Origin: Candidatus Woesearchaeota archaeon | GTDB lineage: Archaea > Nanobdellota > Nanobdellia > SCGC-AAA011-G17 > PNOQ01 | NCBI GenBank assembly: GCA_964481835.1 | Contig: CAYZTT010000014.1 | Location: 1 to 12,918, forward strand | DNA length: 12,918 bases | Reading direction: 5' to 3' | Shown here: one piece after another, positions 6,022 to 12,316 of the stretch | How positions within the stretch are numbered: the stretch's first letter is position 1 | Layout of the letters: every line of letters starts with the position of its first letter | Position numbers and translations under genes: made by a program | Notes under the pieces: generated by a model | Database searches by the model: none | Seen by the model: the letters and a program-made list of their open reading frames with translations, nothing else | Told to the model about the DNA's origin: nothing

Positions 6022-7806
6022 ATGAAAACATATGTACCAGACACTTCTGCAATCATAGAGGGCGTCATTTCTGAATTAATAGAAAAAAGTGAAATCTCCG
6101 GAGCGATAATTATCGCCAATGCAGTAGTTTCAGAATTAGAGGCACAAGCAAACAGGAGAAAAGAAATTGGATTCTTAGGATTAGATGAATTAAAAAAACT
6201 CCAAGGATTTAAAAAAGAAGGGAGAATAGAACTAAGATTTGTAGGCCCAAGGCCAACCCCAGACCAGATCAAATATGCAAAATCCGGAGAGATAGATGCC
6301 ATGATAAGGCAGATAGCCTATGAAGAATCTTCTACCCTAATAACTGCAGACATAGTCCAGGCAGAATCTGCAAGAGTATATGGGTTAGAAGTGAAATTCA
6401 TAGAACAAGTTCCTCTAAAAGAAAAACTAAGTATAGAGAAATATTTTGACAAAACCACAATGTCAGTTCACTTAAAAGAAGATACAACCCCCTTAGCAAA
6501 AAGGGGTGCCCCAGGAAACTGGCAACTTGTAAAAACAGGAAAAAAATTATATTACAAAGAAATAAACAAAATTGCAAAAGAAATTGTAGAAAAAGCAAGG
6601 ATGGACCCAAAATCCTTTGTAGAAATATCCAGATCAGGATCAACAGTAATTCAATACAAAAACTATAGAATTGTAATCGTAAGAAAACCAATTTCAGATG
6701 GCTTAGAAATAACTGCAATAAGGCCAATCAAGAAATTAAATTTAGATGATTATCAAATTCAAGAAGAACTTTTAGAAAGAATAAAAACTCAGGCAAGAGG
6801 AGTTTTACTTGCAGGAGAAACGGGTTCAGGGAAATCTACACTAGCACAAGCAATAGCAGAATATTACGCAAACAATTCAAAAATAACAAAAACGGTAGAA
6901 TCTCCAAGGGATTTGCAATTAGACCAAAAGATAACACAATATTCAAAAAACTTCTCAACTTCAGAAGAAATTCACGATATATTATTTCTTTCGAGACCAG
7001 ACAACTTAATATTTGACGAGATAAGAGATACTCCCGATTTCAAATTATTTATCGACCTAAGACTTGCTGGCTCAGAATGCCTGGGCGTAATCCACTCTGC
7101 TTCGGCAATTGATGCAGTACAAAGATTCATTGGAAGAATAGATACAGGTTTAATCCCCTCAGTAATTGATACCATAATCTTCATGGAAGCCGGGAAGATA
7201 CATACAATTTTAACTCTAAAAATGTCCGTCAAAGTACCTTCAGGAATGACTGAAGCAGATCTAGCAAGACCAGTAATAGAAATATTTGATTTCATCGAAA
7301 ATTCACCAGCTTACGAAATATATTCCTACGGAGAAGAAACTGTAGTAATCCCAGTTGAAAATAAAAAATCTCCTTCCCAAAAATTAGCAGAAAAACAACT
7401 ACTAAAAGAGATAAGGCAATATTCCAAAGATGCAGACGTAGAATTAATTTCCAACAATAGGGCAAACATATTTGTTCCAGAAAAAGATATCGCTCAAATA
7501 ATCGGAACAAAAGGAAAAAGAATTGAAAATATAGAAAATAATATTGGAATAAAGATAACGGTTAAGCCAAAACTAAAAAAACAAGATTCATTAGAGTATA
7601 ATGTTGCAGAAACAGCAAAGTACATAATATTTAGATTCCCAAAAAATATAACAAAACAATCTATAGAATTCACACTCGATGGACAGTTCCTATTCTCTGC
7701 AATAACCTCAAACAAATCAAAGATACAAATTCACAAGAAATCCCAACTTGGAAAAAGTCTAGCAGAAGCTTTAGATAATAACAGAAATATAGAAGCCAAA
7801 TTCTAA
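6022..7806 (+). CDS. PIN domain / PilT-like P-loop ATPase / KH domain protein (archaeal COG1855-type)
   Basis: 594 aa. The N-terminal PIN-like segment is 'YVPDTSAIIEG...'. The Walker A motif is 'LLAGETGSGKSTLAQA' and the Walker-B-like motif is 'PDNLIFDEIRD'. The C-terminal KH motif is 'IAQIIGTKGKRIENIENNIGIKITV' (GxxG). This three-domain architecture is typical of the conserved archaeal ATPase family. Confidence 0.8.
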   Translation: MKTYVPDTSAIIEGVISELIEKSEISGAIIIANAVVSELEAQANRRKEIGFLGLDELKKLQGFKKEGRIELRFVGPRPTPDQIKYAKSGEIDAMIRQIAYEESSTLITADIVQAESARVYGLEVKFIEQVPLKEKLSIEKYFDKTTMSVHLKEDTTPLAKRGAPGNWQLVKTGKKLYYKEINKIAKEIVEKARMDPKSFVEISRSGSTVIQYKNYRIVIVRKPISDGLEITAIRPIKKLNLDDYQIQEELLERIKTQARGVLLAGETGSGKSTLAQAIAEYYANNSKITKTVESPRDLQLDQKITQYSKNFSTSEEIHDILFLSRPDNLIFDEIRDTPDFKLFIDLRLAGSECLGVIHSASAIDAVQRFIGRIDTGLIPSVIDTIIFMEAGKIHTILTLKMSVKVPSGMTEADLARPVIEIFDFIENSPAYEIYSYGEETVVIPVENKKSPSQKLAEKQLLKEIRQYSKDADVELISNNRANIFVPEKDIAQIIGTKGKRIENIENNIGIKITVKPKLKKQDSLEYNVAETAKYIIFRFPKNITKQSIEFTLDGQFLFSAITSNKSKIQIHKKSQLGKSLAEALDNNRNIEAKF

Positions 7807-9062
7807 AACGGATCGTATTGCACAAGATTTCCTTCAGGAGTCACCATAATATTTGTATGGACTCCAGAAAAACGTGAAACAGCCTCATCATAAGTAAACG
7901 GCACAAAACCAGGATCCCTATACGGGTGGCGCCCATAAATATTATTGAACTGTCTAATCATACCTGGAGTGGCCTCTCCCGAAGCCAGAACTTCTCCAAA
8001 TTCCCTCCCAGGAATAAACTGCCTATCAATGTACCCTCTAAACCCATTCATCCCGAACTCGTCCTTAAGAATCCTTGTCCTTAAAATTCTCGCAGTGGGG
8101 ATTCCTCTAGCTTCCATCTCAGCTTGTAAAGCAACCTCATTATTGAACACTCCTCGGTGTATAATATGTTTTCTAACTGCCCCATTTGGCATACGATAAA
8201 CGGGCCTAATTCCTCCTTGCAACTCTACCGGCGCCCCACGTATAAGGTGTGCTGCAAAGAGAGATAGAACAATCGCAGGAGCTTGATGTACAAGTTCCTC
8301 AAAATACCCTACATCTCCCGACATTCTACGTAAATCCATATCAGAAAGTGCTTGCCCCCCCATATTATATTCAGTTAATTTTCCATTTCCATAATCTGCC
8401 CAGGCCTCTCCAGTCTTAGAATTGGAAAAGCCATAAGCTTCAAAAGGCAAATTATAGAAATTTATCTCTGAATTTGTATCTCTAACGTCCCCCCAAAGAG
8501 AATTATACATACTTTCTCCAAATTTTTCATTCACCCATCCGGGAGGATCCTGAAAAATATTTTGCTGATTCAAAGTCCAACTTTCCATCCCAGTAGGATC
8601 AACATAATTCATTGGATTACTTTCAACATAAGAATAAGGTTGATTCCCTTCAACCGGATCCACCCCACTAAACCTTCCCAAATTATCATCATAATATCTA
8701 GCACCAAAATAATACAAAGAAGATTCATCCTCTTCTTTTCCAGTGAATGGGTAATCCACTCCCGAGTTCACAACCTTCTGGCCAAAAGGCAACGATTTAA
8801 ACTCCTTATCTAAATTTCCAGAAGAATCCGTTGTAATTCGATTACTCATCCTGCCTTGATGATAATATTCAACTTCAGGACCCCTAACAGAGGCAACTAC
8901 TGAACTCCCCACATAAATAAACTTCTTAACTCCCATATCTTCTCTCAAAGGAACATACCCCCCCATTTCCCCAGAACTAATTCCCGGAATATCAATAACC
9001 GCTGCATAAGAAATAGGCACACAAGCAATTACCAAAATTAAAAATATCACCAAAGTTTTCAT
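7803..9062 (-). CDS. Secreted RHS repeat-associated-core protein with an unrecognised 260-aa C-terminal (putative toxin) domain
   Basis: 419 aa. The signal peptide is 'MKTLVIFLILVIACVPISYAA'. Residues 61-159, 'YYHQGRMSNRITTDSSGNL..LPFGQKV..YPFTGKEEDESSLYYFGARYYDDNLGRFSGVDPVEGNQPYSYVESNPMNYVDPTGM', match the RHS core terminus (TIGR03696-type: pfG...rFtGqe.D.etGLyyyrARYYDp.lGRF.s.DP...N.Y.Yv.nNP.n.vDPsGl). Residues 160-419 contain no motif I can assign. Confidence 0.8.
   Translation of the reverse strand: MKTLVIFLILVIACVPISYAAVIDIPGISSGEMGGYVPLREDMGVKKFIYVGSSVVASVRGPEVEYYHQGRMSNRITTDSSGNLDKEFKSLPFGQKVVNSGVDYPFTGKEEDESSLYYFGARYYDDNLGRFSGVDPVEGNQPYSYVESNPMNYVDPTGMESWTLNQQNIFQDPPGWVNEKFGESMYNSLWGDVRDTNSEINFYNLPFEAYGFSNSKTGEAWADYGNGKLTEYNMGGQALSDMDLRRMSGDVGYFEELVHQAPAIVLSLFAAHLIRGAPVELQGGIRPVYRMPNGAVRKHIIHRGVFNNEVALQAEMEARGIPTARILRTRILKDEFGMNGFRGYIDRQFIPGREFGEVLASGEATPGMIRQFNNIYGRHPYRDPGFVPFTYDEAVSRFSGVHTNIMVTPEGNLVQYDPF
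7806..8585 (-). other. Variable C-terminal domain (aa 160-419) downstream of the Rhs cleavage-type motif; function unknown
   Basis: It lies directly after DPTGM. It is cysteine-free and shows no HExxH, HNH, deaminase or obvious ART signature. Confidence 0.5.
8586..8882 (-). other. RHS-core / DPxG...DPxG[LM] autoproteolysis-type segment (aa 61-159)
   Basis: I verified by reverse-complementing 8571-8600: gat cct act ggg atg gaa agt tgg translates to DPTGM|ESW. Confidence 0.7.
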
Positions 9063-9082
9063 ATAACTCTAAACAAAAATTA

Positions 9083-9090
9083 ATATAAAA
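9083..9090 (-). promoter_or_regulatory. TATA box (TTTTATAT on the minus strand) upstream of the RHS-core gene
   Basis: It is centred 24.5 nt upstream of the minus-strand ATG at 9062, within the 34-bp spacer after the glycoside-hydrolase-like gene. Confidence 0.4.
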
Positions 9091-9096
9091 ATGTAT

Positions 9097-10833
9097 CTAA
9101 CCCGGCAGCAAAGGGGGGCTCAACTTACTCGCTCCATAAGATATCCAATACCCTTTCTTAGGCTGTAAAACATCCAACAAAGTTAATTCAACATATTCTC
9201 CATCAATCGGCCCGTATTCCCAGACACCATTAACCAATCCTGGATCTGCAACTAAATCAGAAACAACTATTGGATCTCTAACCCCAATCAAACTCAGTCC
9301 CTCACTAACAACCACTTCATCAATTTGTTCATAGCCTTCAAAAGATAAACTCACAACGCTGTTAGAATGCACAAAATATCCCCTTCCAAATTCTAAATCC
9401 ACTAAATCACCTTCACCGTTAATCCAGTATTCCCAATTACCATCAAATCCCAATACACTATCTGCTCCAGATTCACTAAAAATATCCAAACCCGAAGTTA
9501 CATCTAAGGGAATAGATATCAAATTCCATCCTTCAACAAGATCAATATCCGAAGTTATTAACAAACAATCTAAGTCTTCATCAACCTCATTATCACAATT
9601 ATTGTCTGCACCGTCGCAAATCTCTTCCATTCCAGGGTTTATATCATAAGAAAAAACACTGCAGCTTGAATTAAAATTATTGAAGAATGAAACTTCATGT
9701 TCGTCACTAACCTCTAGCCGCTTAAAGTAAAGCCTGCTAAGTCCAATTCCTCCAGAGAACAAATGTGTCCCATCCCCAAGTACATTTATCTCCGGGGCAT
9801 TATACACCTTATTATCAAAACTACCCAGCCAAGTATAGCCATCAATAAGGTCATCCGAATAAAAATAATTTATTCCCTCCGTGCTATGGTCCGTTTCACA
9901 CTCTCCCTGGTTAGATTCCCAACATTTACTCAACAAATAATGTCTCTCCCCCACATCAAAAACAACAACATTTTCTGCCTGCCCCATATCTACCTCTTCA
10001 ATCATATCCACTGCATTCCAATTAATTAGATCGGAACTTTCAGAAACATCAACTCCTGCAGATAATGTATCTGATCGCTTAATTGTATTATACATAAGCC
10101 AGCGATCTCCATCTTTCAAAACAAAGGGATCCCTACACTGGTTATTCCACCCCCCAGGAACCCCATGTGTGCTCCAAGGGTTTCTACAATCATAGACACA
10201 CCCATCTCCAGTTGTTCCAGGACAATTATTTACCGAAGCCCTATCCCAAGTAACTAAGTCACTAGAAATTAACAGTCCAGTTCTCTGACTATAATAATCG
10301 GGGGTTCCATCATCTTGATGTGCAACTCCGGTATAAAACATATAGTACATCCCATCATCTTCATTAAAATAAACATAAGGCGCCCAAACATTTCCGTCAT
10401 CCCAATCCGTCTCACTCAAACTAGAATCAATGACATCTTGGTGATATTCCCAATTTACAAAATCTGAAGTCATAAAATCATAAATTATCTTGTTATTATA
10501 ATGATGGTAAAATACATGGTAAAATCCATCCCGATACACAACAGAATGATCTGCTATCCACCCATAGGGCCCTGGGGGAGCAAAATTATAACTGGTGTCT
10601 TCATTACATTCCTCCGTCCCATCAACATAATAAGGAAAATAAGAATCAAAGCAATCATCTCCCCCACAGGCCTCGTCCAAATATCCATCCTCATCGCGAT
10701 CAGGACAATCTCCAAAAGGAAAGTTCGCAGGAGATTTCTGCGCATCTTGCCCAATAATACTCAAGAGTATAATTGCTATAAAACTAATTATCGCCAAACT
10801 GGTCATAAAAAAATAAAGTATCCTCTTTCCCAT
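9097..10833 (-). CDS. Membrane-anchored extracellular 5-bladed beta-propeller glycoside-hydrolase-like protein (GH43/GH32/GH68 superfamily) with MopE-like Cys/Asp motifs and an uncharacterised C-terminal domain
   Basis: 578 aa with an N-terminal TM/signal anchor 'ILYFFMTSLAIISFIAIILLSII'. Propeller motifs are 'IADHSVVYRDGFYHVFY' (candidate nucleophile Asp), 'VWAPYVYFNEDDGMYYMFYTG', 'CRDPFVLKDGDRWLMY' (RDP-type) and 'GQAENVVVFDVGERHYLLS' (candidate acid/base Glu). The propeller is flanked by 'DCPDRDEDGYLDEACGGDDCFD' and 'ICDGADNNCDNEVDEDLDC', both MopE-type putative metal-binding motifs. The family-level call is by eye only. Confidence 0.6.
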   Translation of the reverse strand: MGKRILYFFMTSLAIISFIAIILLSIIGQDAQKSPANFPFGDCPDRDEDGYLDEACGGDDCFDSYFPYYVDGTEECNEDTSYNFAPPGPYGWIADHSVVYRDGFYHVFYHHYNNKIIYDFMTSDFVNWEYHQDVIDSSLSETDWDDGNVWAPYVYFNEDDGMYYMFYTGVAHQDDGTPDYYSQRTGLLISSDLVTWDRASVNNCPGTTGDGCVYDCRNPWSTHGVPGGWNNQCRDPFVLKDGDRWLMYNTIKRSDTLSAGVDVSESSDLINWNAVDMIEEVDMGQAENVVVFDVGERHYLLSKCWESNQGECETDHSTEGINYFYSDDLIDGYTWLGSFDNKVYNAPEINVLGDGTHLFSGGIGLSRLYFKRLEVSDEHEVSFFNNFNSSCSVFSYDINPGMEEICDGADNNCDNEVDEDLDCLLITSDIDLVEGWNLISIPLDVTSGLDIFSESGADSVLGFDGNWEYWINGEGDLVDLEFGRGYFVHSNSVVSLSFEGYEQIDEVVVSEGLSLIGVRDPIVVSDLVADPGLVNGVWEYGPIDGEYVELTLLDVLQPKKGYWISYGASKLSPPLLPG

Positions 10834-10854
10834 ACAAAGAAATCTTAATTCATG

Positions 10855-10864
10855 TATATAAAAT
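10855..10864 (-). promoter_or_regulatory. TATA box (ATTTTATATA on the minus strand) for the glycoside-hydrolase-like gene
   Basis: It is centred about 26.5 nt upstream of the minus-strand ATG at 10833. Confidence 0.45.
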
Positions 10865-10896
10865 TAACCAAATATTGTTCCTCAACATATAAATCC

Positions 10897-10904
10897 TTTT
10901 TAAT
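10897..10904 (+). promoter_or_regulatory. TATA-like element (TTTTTAAT) for dacZ
   Basis: It is centred 24.5 nt upstream of the ATG at 10925. A second candidate, ATATAAAT at 10887-10894, lies 34.5 nt upstream. Confidence 0.35.
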
Positions 10905-10924
10905 CTAGCACCACTAAAAAAGTT

Positions 10925-11758
10925 ATGAACCCCATAGAGCAAGCTATAGGAACTGCAGCAACAAAAATTGCCAGAGAAATAAATTCCGATTCAATAATCT
11001 CAATTGAAAAATTAACCGGTGAAGAATACGAGGAAGATTCCAATCTTAACATAAAAGTCACAATTTTCAAAAGAATAGATCCAAAAAAATACAAAAAAGC
11101 AGAATATAAAACTAAAACAAGGAAACTAGAGGCGGGCTCCATAATCCCAGTAAAAGAAATTCTAATGGAAGCCATAACAAAGAACTACATAAACAAAGGG
11201 GAGCGAGTAGTTTGTATAGAAGATGGATCAACAGGAACCGGATACAAAGGAATCTTATTTGTGTTTGATGTTGATGAAGTATTTTTCAAAATTGGAAAGC
11301 AAAATATCTCAGAACATATAAATCCAGAGATCATAGAGGCAACAGTGGATATTGCTTTAAAGATAGCCCATGAGGGAAGAGAAGGCAGGCATGTTGGGAC
11401 TGCATTCATAATAGGAAATCTCTCAGAGATAAATAAAAACCTAAAACAACTAATAATTAATCCCTTCAAAAGTTTAGATGAAAAAGTGAAGATAACCGAT
11501 CCAGCCATAAGAGAAACAGTAAAAGAATTCTCCCAACTAGACGGTGTTTTCGTAATAGACGAAGAAGGCCACATAATAAGTGCGGGAACCTACATTGATA
11601 TAAATTTCTCAGATGTAGATCTCCCCGAAGGATTTGGAACAAAACATAGATCTTGTGCAGCCCTAACAAAAGAAACAAATGCAGTAGCCATCACAGTTTC
11701 CGAATCCGGCGGCAGAGTAAGAATCCTCAAAGATGGCAGAATAGCTGTAAAAGTCTAG
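10925..11758 (+). CDS. dacZ: DacZ-type diadenylate cyclase (pyruvate-kinase-C-like N-domain + DAC domain)
   Basis: 277 aa. The DAC-domain motifs are 'HEGREGRHVGTAFIIGN', 'QLDGVFVIDEEGHIISAGTYI' (DGA-type motif, here DGV) and 'GFGTKHRSCAALTKETNAVAITVSESGGRVRILKDGRI'. The last segment is the GTRHRAA...vVSEE.G.is motif, here KHR. The N-terminal ~130 aa regulatory domain fits the archaeal DacZ architecture. Confidence 0.75.
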   Translation: MNPIEQAIGTAATKIAREINSDSIISIEKLTGEEYEEDSNLNIKVTIFKRIDPKKYKKAEYKTKTRKLEAGSIIPVKEILMEAITKNYINKGERVVCIEDGSTGTGYKGILFVFDVDEVFFKIGKQNISEHINPEIIEATVDIALKIAHEGREGRHVGTAFIIGNLSEINKNLKQLIINPFKSLDEKVKITDPAIRETVKEFSQLDGVFVIDEEGHIISAGTYIDINFSDVDLPEGFGTKHRSCAALTKETNAVAITVSESGGRVRILKDGRIAVKV

Positions 11759-11793
11759 ATATTAATCACTATACAGTTACAACAATAGAAAGA

Positions 11794-11801
11794 TTTATAA
11801 A
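11794..11801 (+). promoter_or_regulatory. TATA box (TTTATAAA) for the OMP-like gene
   Basis: It is centred 28.5 nt upstream of the ATG at 11826. This supports 11826 rather than the TTG at 11808 as the start. Confidence 0.5.
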
Positions 11802-11825
11802 GAGAAATTGCCCTATTCTAATAAA

Positions 11826-12314
11826 ATGTCAAGTACAATAAAGAGAGGAATAGGACTATTAACATTTGCCCTATTAGCACTTCCCAGACTTGTTTTTGGA
11901 GACGTATACGCTGGCTTAAATGGAAGCCTATATGCAAATTCACAAGGGGGAGATTCATATTCCATCGCCGCAGAAATTGGAGAAACAGAAAAAGGAATGA
12001 ACAGAAGAGCAAATTTAGAATTCCAAAATCTATCAACTGATTTAAGAGTTGGATATGGATTTGGAAATGGTTGGTTAGTTCCTTATTTCACCGGGGGAAT
12101 TTCGGCAATAGTTGAACCTTCACTAAATGATGTTTCCTTATCTCCTGCATTTGCTGCAGGCCTAGAATTTAGATTATCAGAAAATCTATTGCTTGGGGTA
12201 GAGGGCCAATTGAAAGGACATCCAGAATCTTTAGAAGGCGATTCCGGGGTATCTTTAACAGGGACAAGCGCAGACAACAGACTCGTAAAAGTGTCTTTAA
12301 AATTTAGAAAATAA
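11826..12314 (+). CDS. Small secreted protein with an 8-strand outer-membrane beta-barrel-like pattern (OmpX/OmpA-TM/OMP_b-brl-like)
   Basis: The signal peptide is 'MSSTIKRGIGLLTFALLALPRLVFG|D'. About 8 amphipathic alternating segments follow: DVYAGLNGSLYAN, SYSIAAEIG, RRANLEFQNL, DLRVGYGFG, LVPYFTGGISAIV, FAAGLEFRLS, LLLGVEGQLKG, RLVKVSLKFRK. 'GYGFG', 'AAGLEFRLSENLLLGVEGQ' and the terminal 'VSLKFRK' resemble the PF13505-type pattern. The fold call is tentative. Confidence 0.45.
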   Translation: MSSTIKRGIGLLTFALLALPRLVFGDVYAGLNGSLYANSQGGDSYSIAAEIGETEKGMNRRANLEFQNLSTDLRVGYGFGNGWLVPYFTGGISAIVEPSLNDVSLSPAFAAGLEFRLSENLLLGVEGQLKGHPESLEGDSGVSLTGTSADNRLVKVSLKFRK

Positions 12315-12316
12315 TT

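Noticed and set aside
5344-7715. Minus-strand ORFs inside trmI and the ATPase gene (5344-5586, 5973-6302, 6398-6727, 6972-7295, 7292-7510, 7494-7715)
   Set aside because: These are Leu/Phe/Ile-rich shadow frames opposite well-supported genes. They have no promoter spacing and no motifs. Several overlap each other in different frames.
7945-8813. Antisense ORFs 7945-8199 (84 aa) and 8562-8813 (83 aa) within the RHS-core gene, considered as hidden immunity genes
   Set aside because: Immunity genes of polymorphic toxins lie downstream on the same strand, not antisense inside the toxin. These frames are Ile/Pro/Ser/Arg low-complexity without start-proximal TATA boxes. I keep this only as a remote possibility, noted in the finding on the missing immunity gene.
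9763-11841. Remaining short ORFs 9763-10029(+), 10501-10848(+), 10554-10754(-), 10900-11175(-), 11185-11574(-), 11466-11678(-), 11653-11841(+), and also 11818-12036(-) and 12083-12277(-)
   Set aside because: Each is nested in, or antisense to, a longer ORF with clear domain motifs (the GH-like gene, dacZ or the OMP-like gene). ORF 10900-11175 would run through the divergent promoter region. None shows an independent signal.
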